Shown here piece by piece: positions 1 through 10,400 of a stretch of DNA of 24,362 bases (positions are counted from its first letter, which is position 1; the number at the start of each line of letters is the position of its first letter). Source of the DNA: a virus (lineage: Duplodnaviria > Caudoviricetes). The notes under the pieces are model-generated. The model did not search any database. It saw only the letters and a program-made list of their open reading frames with translations, and had not been told where the DNA came from. The DNA lies in IMG/VR virus record IMGVR_UViG_3300029925_000012, positions 1 to 24,362 of that record; one strand, 5' to 3'. The position numbers and the translations under genes were made by a program.

Positions 1-2
1 TG

Positions 3-3000
3 CCCCGTTATTGCCCCCGCCATACCAGCCATCTCCAGCAACGCCTCTGTCAACTCCTCCACGTCATCGGCCTCGAAGGCGTCATTAACACCCTTAGCCA
101 TCTCAGCAAGAACATCAAACATAGGGATCTCCTTGATAGCTACTCCCTTTCTGTCTGTAAATGCTTCAGTCGCAGAGTACATGAGTATATCTCCGAGTAT
201 CACCAAGGAGTTCAACTGTCCGAGTGTAGCTGCGATCAACTGGCGGTCAGGTTCCCACTCAAAACCGCTAGCGATGTATTGTATGAACATAGGCATGATA
301 AAATGGTACATGGCCATTCGTTTTCCGAACTGCCTCGTTGAAATCTTTCCGCGTCTGAATTGTCTGAAGGCTCTTAACTCCCCGCGTAACAGAGCAAACC
401 GGGCGGTCATAAACATGGTCAATGTCCTGCCCATGGGGCCTGAGCGCTGCAATGAAGACAGCTTGTCGATGTCCACCGATTGCTGTGTGCTGTTTAGCGC
501 GTCCTGAAACACTTTAATTGCTTCAGTTTTAGATTTCCCCTGACTGATGGCGTGCTTATATACCGCCCATCCTCCGGCGTAGATTGGGACACGATCTCCG
601 TAATGGATGAAGGCGAATTTTATCTTCTCCCATTTCTCTTGTTTCTTCCAACGGAACACAGGTTCATCCAATGACCCAACCTTAGCCAGTTCAAAATCCA
701 GAGACGACCCACGCTGTTGCAACGTTGGAGAATTCTGATATAAGAATTTTACTATTTGTTTTGCACGTGCAGGACTTTTGAAAAAATCAGCATGAGCAGA
801 TATGAAATCTTTAGTAGGCACATTCTCGGCCATTGCAAACCAAGACACCAATTGTTTTGTGCCGATAGTCGCCTTAAGTGACAAAACAGAACTAGAGAAC
901 AATCTATTGAAAGTGCCGAACACCTGTTCACCTACCACGCCCTTAGCTGGATACCCGGTGCCAAAGTCTTGTAGGAAGCTGTCGATAGTCCGTACCATCG
1001 CATTCCCGTGTTGGGCTTTAATGTCTTTGCGCAGGGGCTGGCTGTCAAACACGGATTTCATGAACAACACTCTATCGGTCGTCTTAGTGAACCACGCCAT
1101 ATCATGCAAGTATCTGTGCATGGCCCCTACATCACTCCGCCGTAACAATGGCACCAGATTATCACTACGTGTTTTTATGCTTCTGGGCAACTGTCTGCGA
1201 AACTCCATCTCGTCAGTGAGGATACGATCTGCGCCGAAACTATCTGCGCTTCCGTCAGTAGGCGTGTCTCCTTTGTCTCGCTGGATGGGACTATAGAATT
1301 GATTAAACGGTAAATTGACCCCGTACACTCTCCGGTATGTGGCGTTGATAGTTGGGTAAATGGAACGATAGATAGCCAACTGAGCGTCAACATACGCTTG
1401 GTCTTGGGGCGTTAAGGTGTCGAACAACACTCTAAGCATGGCTTCACTAAAGGCCATTCCTTTGTCGTCTGTAATGACGTCAGCTATCGTAGGATCTTGG
1501 CTCTCCATCCACAGTTTGCGAATTTCTGCACGACTATATTCCAGCCGTACTTCATCGCCCCGCGAATTTTCGAACACGCCAAAATCAGTTCTCTTGGCGT
1601 CATCTATGTGTTTGCTCATAAGCTGCGAATATCCGTCGAGGTCAAAAGCTGTCAAGCCCGCTTCGGTCGTTTTCTGTTCCCACTGGATGGCTAAGCCTTT
1701 CATGTCTTGTATTTCGTCAGTGATCCTTAGGCTTTTAATTAGGCTCTCTGCGTCTGCCCCTCTTTTGTTAAAAATTATATCAAGTACTTCATCCCACCCG
1801 TTATGCGCAGAGGCAAAAGCTGCATTCACATCTTTAGCACGACTTTTTAGTCGGTTGAAAAACCCAGTGGTCTTAAGAGCTTTCGTAGGTTCACCTTGTG
1901 TCACTGCCTCCCGGGCCTCAGCTACGGCGGTGTTGCGAGCGTTCTTCCTACCTGAAGCTCGCTCAAGAGCTGCTGCTGCCCCACCAGCTTTAATAGCGAC
2001 GATGTCAAACAGGACATTTTCTGCGTCCGTAATACCAAGATTAGGGTCGTTAGCAGCCATGGCCAAGAGTTTACGCTCGAACAATTTAGCGGGCGAAGGT
2101 AGTTCCTCGGTAAGCGCAGCGTCAAGTCTTTCTTGGGCTACCTCTGGGGACAAGCTCATAATGTCTCGCGCCGCGTCTAAGACTTGCTGTGTATCTGCGT
2201 CGAACTTGCCGACCAGTTTACCCCCAACACTTCTGGGCGCAGTATCTTTCAACTGTTTTTTTACGGCAGACTTAATCTGCTTACGTTGCTCGCGTTCCAC
2301 TAGCACAGCCGCTTTAGATTGTACAGCCGCTGCGGTCTTCTTGAGTTGCGCTTCAGTCTTAACCCGAGATATCCTGTCGGTTAATTGTTTCTTAGCGGCG
2401 ACGGGCAAAGGTAGTTTATTGATCGCTTTCGATATGTCAGTCTTCTGTGTGGTTAAAGCTTCTCCCGCTTTTAGCCCAGCTCGGAAAGCAGTACGAGTGG
2501 CCCGCACAGCTTCTGTGGTGATTTTCACGCCGAGGTCCTGCAATTTTTTAGCTTTGACCTTGATGGGTTTTCTTGCGACCTTTTTAGCTTTGATTTCTTC
2601 AGCAACTGCCTGACCTTCTGGTGTCGTGGCTTGGACAATTTGCCGTTCTTCAAAAGCAAGTTGCTCTTGTTCATCGAGCCTTTGTTCACGTTGTTCCGTT
2701 AGTCTTTCCACCCGTCGCTCAGCTCTGACAGTCGCCCTACCTTCTTCAACACGGGTATCAAGATCTTCTTGTGCAGTTTCTATATCTCGATCTATGGTGG
2801 ACAGTTCTTCGTCCAACTGAGCTATGCGTCCCTCGCGCACGTCAGCTTCCACACTGACCTTTCGCTCGCCCACCTTGTTAATCAAGTCCATTAGGACCGC
2901 CGTGACGCCACGAGGAGCGCTGTCTAGCGCCTCTGCGGCATTGCCGGGAGTAAGTTTGCCCAGAAGTTCTTCAACCTGTGTCTTGATCTCGTCTGAGGCG

Positions 3001-4664
3001 AATACGCCATCTAGTTCCGCTGTCAAGGTTTCCTGATCTATACTCGCCACAAGATCTTCAGCCGCTTGACTAAAAGACTTATCCCCTTCTTTTATTTTTA
3101 TGTCAGCGGCCATTGCAGCATAACCCTGCTGCCCGAGAATTACTTCAGCGTATCTCGTACCATCTATCCTTACATCAGCATCATTTCTGATAGCTTCGCT
3201 GATGTCTTCTTCCACCCCAAGAGCACGAAAAGTTTCTTCAATTCCTTCTGGACGTTGGTTCGCGAATTCGATCAATTTGTCTACCGGCACGAACACTTCC
3301 TCTACGCCAGCAGCTCTCATATCTTCTGCGGCCATTTCCGCGCCCTTGAAGGGATCACGTGATACCAGTTTACTTTTGGACTTTATATCATGCAGACTAT
3401 CCATCGCCGCTTTAGTTTGTCTAGCTTTCGCCAGAGTGTCCGTAGTTACGCTCGTGGCAGTGCCAACGCCGCCACCCAAGAAAGCGCCAGCTGCGAAAGC
3501 CTCGATCATCTGTCTAGTCAGTTCATCTACGTCAACCTCGGTATCAGTAGCAGAAGCAGCAGCAGTTTCGCTGATTGCTTCTTGTACCGCCTCAGTCACA
3601 CCTTCCAGCGTTAATCCCTTGGCTCCTTCTTTGGCGGATCTCGCCATGATATTAGTAGCCGTCAGTTTCAACGCTGTCTCTGCCGCCTCCTGCCCGAAAG
3701 CTCTAACAAGAGCACTCCCTGCTCTACCGGGTAACGCACTATCTAAAACCCCGATCAACGCTCCAGCCCCGAATGCTACGCCGGGAGCTTCTGTCGTAGG
3801 GCTTCTCTCCTTAATGGCTTGTTGCGTTTCCCCAACGCCGAGGATGAAAGAAGGTATGAATACCCCTAAAGTGCCACCGACCAAAGTTCCGATAGGTCCT
3901 GCGACCAAAGTACCAGCGGCGGCTCCGGTAAGACCACCAGCTAGTGAAGGGGCCATTAGCGGGATCTGTTCCCCGGCGGTCTGTTTCATCCAGCTGAAGA
4001 AATCTCCAGCCGTTTCTATTTTAAGAAATTCCTGTTTACCCGGGCCGGTGATCTCCGCCAAATTTGCAAGCGCTCCTGCCTCCCCCAACTCCTCCAGCGT
4101 CTCGATACCTGTGGCCTCGCCCACTGCTTCTACGAAACGCCAGTTCAGAGATTGTAGCAGATCGACGCCGTTGGCAAAACTCGCGGTAAACGTAAGTTGC
4201 TTAGCCGCCCTCTCCATACCCACCAAATTGGGAACATCATCAGATCCTAAAATAGGTACAAGGTCGTCAGTAGTTAGAAATCTCTTCGTCACCGGAGCTG
4301 TGTCAGGCACATTTTGAATGTCGTTCTGTGTAGCCTGTTTCCGAAAACCTTCTCTGTTCTCTTCTCCTATAACAGTGAGAGGTAGCCCCAGTTTATCAGC
4401 TAGATTTTTATCTGACGCTGCTTGATCTGGGTTTATCTCTGACGCTCTCACAGCGTTCTGTGTAAGGACGGAAGAAGGCGGACGCAAGAAAGACCCAACC
4501 TCTTCCACGGGGACCAAATCTTCGGCGTCGAGCAGTCCGCCAGTTATAGTGGGCGCTGCGGCTTCCTCTACTGGCGTTTCAAACGGAACTACAGGAGCGG
4601 TTATATCTTTCTCTTCTTCAAGCGGTTGAAGTTCACCTTGCGTTAAGCGCGGTACATTAGCCAT
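3..4664 (-). CDS. Large internal virion/DNA ejection protein (T7 gp16 position), 3'-truncated by the window edge, at least ~1550 aa
   Basis: Absent from the ORF track. ATG at 4664 directly follows the upstream TAA (TAAATG). My translation begins MANVPRLTQGELQPLEEEKD, contains a Gly-zipper hydrophobic segment (SLAGGLTGAAAGTLVAGPIGTLVGGTLGVFIPSFILG) and an EGVTEAVQE motif, and is still open at the left edge (VEELTEALLEMAGMAGAITG). The long Ser-rich plus-strand shadow ORFs over 133-4317 share one frame, consistent with a single ORF. I did not translate every codon. Confidence 0.85.
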   Translation of the reverse strand, partial: MANVPRLTQGELQPLEEEKDITAPVVPFETPVEEAAAPTITGGLLDAEDLVPVEEVGSFLRPPSSVLTQNAVRASEINPDQAASDKNLADKLGLPLTVIGEENREGFRKQATQNDIQNVPDTAPVTKRFLTTDDLVPILGSDDVPNLVGMERAAKQLTFTASFANGVDLLQSLNWRFVEAVGEATGIETLEELGEAGALANLAEITGPGKQEFLKIETAGDFFSWMKQTAGEQIPLMAPSLAGGLTGAAAGTLVAGPIGTLVGGTLGVFIPSFILGVGETQQAIKERSPTTEAPGVAFGAGALIGVLDSALPGRAGSALVRAFGQEAAETALKLTATNIMARSAKEGAKGLTLEGVTEAVQEAISETAAASATDTEVDVDELTRQMIEAFAAGAFLGGGVGTATSVTTDTLAKARQTKAAMDSLHDIKSKSKLVSRDPFKGAEMAAEDMRAAGVEEVFVPVDKLIEFANQRPEGIEETFRALGVEEDISEAIRNDADVRIDGTRYAEVILGQQGYAAMAADIKIKEGDKSFSQAAEDLVASIDQETLTAELDGVFASDEIKTQVEELLGKLTPGNAAEALDSAPRGVTAVLMDLINKVGERKVSVEADVREGRIAQLDEELSTIDRDIETAQEDLDTRVEEGRATVRAERRVERLTEQREQRLDEQEQLAFEERQIVQATTPEGQAVAEEIKAKKVARKPIKVKAKKLQDLGVKITTEAVRATRTAFRAGLKAGEALTTQKTDISKAINKLPLPVAAKKQLTDRISRVKTEAQLKKTAAAVQSKAAVLVEREQRKQIKSAVKKQLKDTAPRSVGGKLVGKFDADTQQVLDAARDIMSLSPEVAQERLDAALTEELPSPAKLFERKLLAMAANDPNLGITDAENVLFDIVAIKAGGAAAALERASGRKNARNTAVAEAREAVTQGEPTKALKTTGFFNRLKSRAKDVNAAFASAHNGWDEVLDIIFNKRGADAESLIKSLRITDEIQDMKGLAIQWEQKTTEAGLTAFDLDGYSQLMSKHIDDAKRTDFGVFENSRGDEVRLEYSRAEIRKLWMESQDPTIADVITDDKGMAFSEAMLRVLFDTLTPQDQAYVDAQLAIYRSIYPTINATYRRVYGVNLPFNQFYSPIQRDKGDTPTDGSADSFGADRILTDEMEFRRQLPRSIKTRSDNLVPLLRRSDVGAMHRYLHDMAWFTKTTDRVLFMKSVFDSQPLRKDIKAQHGNAMVRTIDSFLQDFGTGYPAKGVVGEQVFGTFNRLFSSSVLSLKATIGTKQLVSWFAMAENVPTKDFISAHADFFKSPARAKQIVKFLYQNSPTLQQRGSSLDFELAKVGSLDEPVFRWKKQEKWEKIKFAFIHYGDRVPIYAGGWAVYKHAISQGKSKTEAIKVFQDALNSTQQSVDIDKLSSLQRSGPMGRTLTMFMTARFALLRGELRAFRQFRRGKISTRQFGKRMAMYHFIMPMFIQYIASGFEWEPDRQLIAATLGQLNSLVILGDILMYSATEAFTDRKGVAIKEIPMFDVLAEMAKGVNDAFEADDVEELTEALLEMAGMAGAITG
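3351..3366. promoter_or_regulatory. 16-bp palindromic site, copy 1 (GGGATCACGTGATACC), intragenic
   Basis: 15/16 match to GGTATCACGTGATACC. Encodes V-S-R-D-P in the large ejection protein. Confidence 0.7.
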
Positions 4665-6440
4665 TTATTTTCCCCTTCTAGAAATAGCTAGATCATACTG
4701 TCTTCTGACGAACAGCGGTGTAGGTACGCGGCCAGCAGAAAGGATCTGTCTGGTGATAAGATCCACGTCCTGAGAAGCAATACCTGTGTCAGCCGCGATT
4801 ATATTAATCACTTCTTCGTATTCATCCGTGTCAACTACATTCTCTATCTCGAAAGGACTTTCAGGATCATCGGGACGACCACGTTTTGCCAGTGTCTCAA
4901 ATAGCCTTTCATTAGCTCCGAAGAATTCAGCGCTTTCCAGATACAATCCTCGAACGATATTCCGGTAGTTGTTGTCTGTCAGCTTCTCCCCCTCAGAGGA
5001 AAGTTTTTCAATCTCCAAAGACAAAGCTGTTTTGATGTTAGCTTCTTCTTCCGCGTTGAGACTAAAACTTTTCAACATATCTTTAGTTGCTGTAATAGCT
5101 CTACTCAGACGAGCACCTTTATTCACTTCTTTTCTGTCGGATGCTTCTTCTCTGGCCTTAGCATTCCTCATACCTATCTGTAGAGATTGAAACATGTTTC
5201 TGTCGGGCACGTCTAGCCCAGAGACGTAAGGAGGCCGATTGAGATCAAGCTCAACGAATTTTGCTGGATCTTCAGTTTGCATATCGAACACTTGAGCACG
5301 AACACCTCTATCAGACACGTGAGGTCTTCCAGAAGCTTTAAATTGCGCGATCCTTCTAAGTTGCTCTAACATGCCGGGGGTCTGCGACACAGCCTCAAAT
5401 TCTTCAGGTGTCAATGTATTAATTTCGCTCCCTGCATTTATCCTTCCTATGGCGTTCACACGGAGATTTTTATCAGCCTCGCGTTCTTGTCTTGCTAGGT
5501 CTGCATTGTGCGCCCGAATTCTAGCAACAACACTATCGCGCACCGCCCCATCTTGTATCTGCCGAGCAGCAGCCAATCTATCCGCGTCAGTAGAAAAAGG
5601 TATAGCTACGATCGCGTCGAATTCCCCCTGAGCTTCTTCTCTAACACCTTCCCGCATGATGCTTTTTTCCAGATCTCCTCTTGCACGTGGAACGATCTGT
5701 GATTTATTTCTGGCGTAATAAACGGCTGCTTCAGAAGCCCTTCCCGTGTCTAGCAAATTTTTGACAGCTAGCGAATGAGTAGCCGTTAAGTTAGACTGAA
5801 CTATATCCGCCCGCGCTTGTTCATCAGTGATACCTTGTCTATCGGCCATGTTCAATGACAGCGCGATGATCTGCCCTATTCTGGATGCGTTGTTCGGGTC
5901 GAAAGGGTTTGATACGACATCGTCAGTCAGAGCGGTCAATGCAGCTGCATCAGAAGCATCTTCAGCCGTTCTAGTTTCTCTCACTAAATACGAAGCGTGT
6001 CCATTATCGAATTCAAGAAGAAGCGCATCTGACCGAGTTTTGAAATGATCTTTCACGCGCTGGCTAGCTATACCCTCCCCCAGTTTAGAAACTCGTTTTC
6101 TCAGGTCGACACGTTGAGCGTCCGCCGCGTCTAAAGCAGACTGAGCTTTCACTTCTCTATACCCTGTTATCCCTTGGTCTGGGTTTCCAAACTGCGCATC
6201 ATGCGACATGCGACGTGCCTGAGTAGCCAGATCCTGCGCCTCTCTATCTTCATCCTTTAGCTGTTGTTCCCTACCGAATGCGCTTAAGTCTGCCGCCGCA
6301 GCTCCTAGAACTCGACCCGTATCTACGAGCGCTCGTGCGGAAACCCCGAAGTCTACAGGAGCATTCACCCGGGGCAGTGTTGTTCTCTGCACTCCTAGTT
6401 GACTTGCCTGAACTCTGTTGATGCCCGGGACTTTTGCCAT
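4665..6440 (-). CDS. Internal virion/ejection protein (T7 gp15 position)
   Basis: 591 aa, helical and Ala/Arg/Glu-rich, lying between the gp14-like and gp16-like genes. Confidence 0.7.
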   Translation of the reverse strand: MAKVPGINRVQASQLGVQRTTLPRVNAPVDFGVSARALVDTGRVLGAAAADLSAFGREQQLKDEDREAQDLATQARRMSHDAQFGNPDQGITGYREVKAQSALDAADAQRVDLRKRVSKLGEGIASQRVKDHFKTRSDALLLEFDNGHASYLVRETRTAEDASDAAALTALTDDVVSNPFDPNNASRIGQIIALSLNMADRQGITDEQARADIVQSNLTATHSLAVKNLLDTGRASEAAVYYARNKSQIVPRARGDLEKSIMREGVREEAQGEFDAIVAIPFSTDADRLAAARQIQDGAVRDSVVARIRAHNADLARQEREADKNLRVNAIGRINAGSEINTLTPEEFEAVSQTPGMLEQLRRIAQFKASGRPHVSDRGVRAQVFDMQTEDPAKFVELDLNRPPYVSGLDVPDRNMFQSLQIGMRNAKAREEASDRKEVNKGARLSRAITATKDMLKSFSLNAEEEANIKTALSLEIEKLSSEGEKLTDNNYRNIVRGLYLESAEFFGANERLFETLAKRGRPDDPESPFEIENVVDTDEYEEVINIIAADTGIASQDVDLITRQILSAGRVPTPLFVRRQYDLAISRRGK

Positions 6441-6448
6441 TATTTGTC

Positions 6449-7000
6449 CTAACTAAATGCTAAGCTTCCGCTCTGGAACCTAAATGATCGAGCTAAAGTG
6501 CTGCCTGTCGTAAGCAACGTGCCGAACGCGGATGTCCCGAGAGATTGAGCTTCTGAAACTTCTCTCCTAGTTTGAAGTCCGGTCAGCCCTATGTCAGCCT
6601 GAATATTGTCGCTTTCAATAGCGAGGTTGCGTTTACGTAGATCGCTTTCGTGCTGCGAAACAAGTTTTCTGAATTCGATCTCTCCAGCCAGCTCCGTCGT
6701 AATATCAGCTGCGCTACCGACGTCAACAAGTTGGCCAAGCGCGGCTTGTGCAACTCTTATTTCGCCTTCTCTTGTCGCGCCCTCCCGAGCAATAAGCTGT
6801 TGCCTAATTTGCTCAGTTCGCTTTTCAGCTGTTATGTCTTGTTCTATCGCTGTTTGCTGGTTTCGAAGCACAGCCTGTCTAAATTCTCCTTCATCCCTCG
6901 CCGCTTGTTTATCTACCTGAGCTTGCTGCCTTTGTCCTATAAAAGAGACAACACCGCTGACCGCTGATAAGGCGAACCCCGCTATCGCTATACTACACAT
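6449..7000 (-). CDS. Internal virion protein, T7 gp14-like ejection protein
   Basis: 183 aa. Met-Cys hydrophobic N-terminus (MCSIAIAGFALSAVSG), Gln/Ala-rich coiled coil, G-x-x-x-D-V-G-S-A motif. Follows the gp13-like gene. Confidence 0.8.
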   Translation of the reverse strand: MCSIAIAGFALSAVSGVVSFIGQRQQAQVDKQAARDEGEFRQAVLRNQQTAIEQDITAEKRTEQIRQQLIAREGATREGEIRVAQAALGQLVDVGSAADITTELAGEIEFRKLVSQHESDLRKRNLAIESDNIQADIGLTGLQTRREVSEAQSLGTSAFGTLLTTGSTLARSFRFQSGSLAFS

Positions 7001-7470
7001 TACGTTGTCCCTCTCATAAAAAACTTGTGAAAGTCTAGTTTCTCGGGGCCGTAGGGAGCTTCAGGTTCTAACTCGAACCCTAGCCATTTAAGCCACCTAA
7101 TCGCCTGAGTATTTCTCGCGTCTACATAATTCTCTAAAATATCAAATTCTTTTTTTAAACTCGATACGTACTTCACGTTGCCTCTTAGAAAAGCCCTAAA
7201 ATGAACAGGTAACTCTTCTGACCCAAGCAGCCAAGGAAACCCCCTGAAACTCAGCACTGAAGATTGCGCCGCCCCATACATACATACAACTCGGCCATCG
7301 GCTAAAGCAGCCCACGGATGGATCGTGTATTCTAGAGACGCTTCTAGCGCTTGTAAAGGAGTTTTGTGCCAGCCCGCCCAAGCCTCCTCAACATCTTCTC
7401 GCCTCATAGTTTCTGCCAACTGTAGTGCGTGCTCTTTCGTAGCTGGTACTATCTCGTATTTAGTCATCAC
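7000..7470 (-). CDS. GNAT-fold acetyltransferase-like protein (T7 gp13/internal virion protein A-like)
   Basis: Motifs MRREDVEEAWA, PWLLGS and LENYVDARNTQAIRWLKWLGF. Lies immediately after tail tubular B. ATG at 7467 (TGATG overlap) is the likely start. Confidence 0.88.
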   Translation of the reverse strand: MMTKYEIVPATKEHALQLAETMRREDVEEAWAGWHKTPLQALEASLEYTIHPWAALADGRVVCMYGAAQSSVLSFRGFPWLLGSEELPVHFRAFLRGNVKYVSSLKKEFDILENYVDARNTQAIRWLKWLGFELEPEAPYGPEKLDFHKFFMRGTT

Positions 7471-10400
7471 GGGTCCTCCGCCGTAATTTCAGGTATGATT
7501 GCAAGAATAGTCATAGGCAGAGGATCTCGCTGCCGCAGGAGCAATCGCCCGTTAGAATTCCAGTCAGGTTTTAATGTTATTTTTTTATCCTCTGTTAGTA
7601 GCTGCGTAGGCTGGCCTAGTTTTTCGAATTCTCTCTGTTTCATCTCCACGAGTTTGTCTGATGAAGGACCTACTAACAGACCCCGAGACTTTTTAAATCT
7701 GACCGTAACTTCTGATATTTTAGTCTTCTTGCCTTGAATGGTTCCTTCGGGTGCTTCTATATTTAACGTTTCTATGTCAGAAATATACTGGAGACCGACA
7801 TGCACCCTACTAGCTTTTCGAGGTAACTGTATCTTCCCGGCAGCTACGGTAAGCCCCCTTACTACGTTTCCATCGGACAACACCACTACCTCTTCCCCTT
7901 CTAAGTGATTTAACGCAAACACGAATGTGACAGTCTTGCGCACGTTACCCGCAGACACATAAACTTTAAACTCTGATCCATCTTCGGCGTTATACGCGCT
8001 ACCGCCATTCGTATACGTAGTGAAACCGGTTGTATTAACGGTGGCATCTCCGACAGTATTGAGTTCAAAAGTATCTGCGGTAGAGTTCGCTACCTTGAAT
8101 ATTGTGTCGTTCGCTTCTATCATTCCTTCTACGCCGTGTAGCGCAATTATATCTCCGTCAACTAAGCCATGGCCCGTTATACTCACTACGCCCGGATTAG
8201 CTTGCGTTATCGCGATTATCAACCTTTGGCCTTCAGTTTCCACCAGAGCAAAGGTATTAGCCGTCTTATCGGCTACAAAATATCTACGTCCATTTAACTG
8301 GTCGGGATTAGTGGCGTTATCGAAACTGTCGAATTGAGTTTTCCATTTTATGCCTTCGATATCTACTTCGTCCCCGTCAGAGAAACCGTGACTTGGTGCG
8401 GTGACCACTACCGGGTCAGCAGATGTAGCGCCAGTAATAACTACAGGATTGTCGAAAGTTAATCCACTGTCGACAAAAAAGGCATCTTCTACTCCTAAAA
8501 ATCTACGGCTAGCGGTCCTCTCTATAAACATCACAGTATTGCCGTTTACGCTACGCTCTACCACAAAGTAAGCCGCGTCTCCTGCCTCAGCTATAGACGG
8601 CCTGATAGCGGTAGCCCATTTAAATTCGCCCAAAGTATCCCACGTAGTCCAAGCAAGCACTTCTTGGCTCTCGTTAAATGTCATAGTGGCCACTGTACCA
8701 TCGGACCTGACGATATGAACTACCGGATCGGGAGATCGAGTAAACCCCCAAGATATCGCGGTAGCTTCTTCAAATATGTGGGGAGCTAGAAGATTAAGAT
8801 CTGTTCCGTCGTACCCGTCTACCCTTAATTGATAACCTAACGTGCGAACATTAGTATTGTTTTCCTGCACATAAAGTACGGTTTTTCCTATCACTATGGG
8901 TTGCATGTGGTTGGCCCCCCAATATGTTTGTGGTTCTTGCTTCAGGGTCTCAGCAGCAAAACCTGAGTTATCCCCGGAATTAACTCGCCACTCTGATCCA
9001 TCCGTGAGTATAACCAAATCTCGCCCGGGAACATAATGTCTTATTTGATTAACCCGTCTACCGCTAAGAGTTGCACGGATGCTGTCGTCCGCTTGTATAG
9101 GACGAGACTTATTAAAGTTATTTTGGTTACCTGTTTGAGAATAATCAGAAGTGTCTGGTAGATTTAACGATCCTCCGAATACTCGACGTTGTTGGTAGTA
9201 CCCGACAGCGGCAGGAAATTCTCCCGCAATGCGGAAAGGATTACGTGCTGTAGGAGGCTGTATGCTAAGCTCCGTTAAAGTTTCACTGACAGTATTGTCC
9301 GTGTAGGTGAGTTCACTCGTTTCGGCCAAGAAACCGAATTCTCCACTACCGCTCTTAGCCCTGTAGACTGTGTACCTGAAGGTGTCAGCTACCGCGTTCC
9401 ACGTAATAGTGTTATCGGGGATGATAGCCCCCGTAGGAGCTGCCAAAGTACCGGTCCCCTTAAACGTAGCAAACGAATTACCACCAGTAGTTTCTGGCGT
9501 ATACGACGTCCCGTCTTCCCCATTCAAGGTAAAAGTACTAGCTCCCGTATCAGTGATAATAAATCGACGCCCCACTAATTCAGTCATCTCGGTCATAGCG
9601 GTAATTTCTATTTCATCCCCCGTAGCAAGTCCATGAGGTGAAGCAGTAGTTACCGATACTGGATTAGCCGCCGTAGCTGAACTAATGGCCATAGCCGCAG
9701 AAGAAAGAGCAGATAAACTCTCTTCAAAAGTTTCGTTCTTAATAGCAGTGACTTTGTATTTCCAGTATATATCCTCATCTGTCACGCCAGCTATAGCGGT
9801 TAAACCTGTGGGCCTAGCAATATCTGGCTCAAAAGCAGGTTCAGCTATAGTCCAAGCGTTATGATCTGTCCTAGAGATTTCTCGTATGCCGTAAGTAGTA
9901 TGAGTTATAGTAAGCACGTCGGCGGACTGGGTCCATTTAAGTTGATCTAAGTCAGCTTGCGCGAATGGAGTAGCCAGTTCAAACACTTTACCGACGTCGC
10001 CGCCAGAAGTATAAGCGGTAAAATCCGAGCCATCTATGTCGGTGCCGTCGTATGGGCTAGTCAATTCAAACGCATTAGTTGTCTTATTGGCCACCACAAA
10101 CCATCTACCGTTTATCTCAATCATGCCTCCAACATCGGATATAAAAACATCATCGCCGTTACTATAACCGTGGGCTGTAGCTGTTACAGTTACTGGATCA
10201 GCTATCGTGGCACCCGATATGGATTTCTCAGTCTCAAGAACTTGGGCATCGTTCCTGATAACGCGCATGTATTGATTACCAAATTCAAGCACGTATGTAT
10301 CTACCGACTTAAATTGAAAATCTATCAACACCGGGCGGTTACTATGGTCTTTTACCGGAGCTATAAACCGAAGACCTTCTCGATTGCTAGCGCCCCCGTG

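Noticed and set aside
762-771. Palindrome TGCACGTGCA and other isolated CACGTG hexamers (~5316, ~5684)
   Set aside because: They lack the GGxAT/ATxCC flanks of the 16-bp motif and are compatible with chance
133-4317. Long plus-strand ORFs (398, 371, 164, 124 aa and others)
   Set aside because: They are Ser/Ala/Leu-rich antisense shadows, the long ones all in one frame, of the real minus-strand ejection gene
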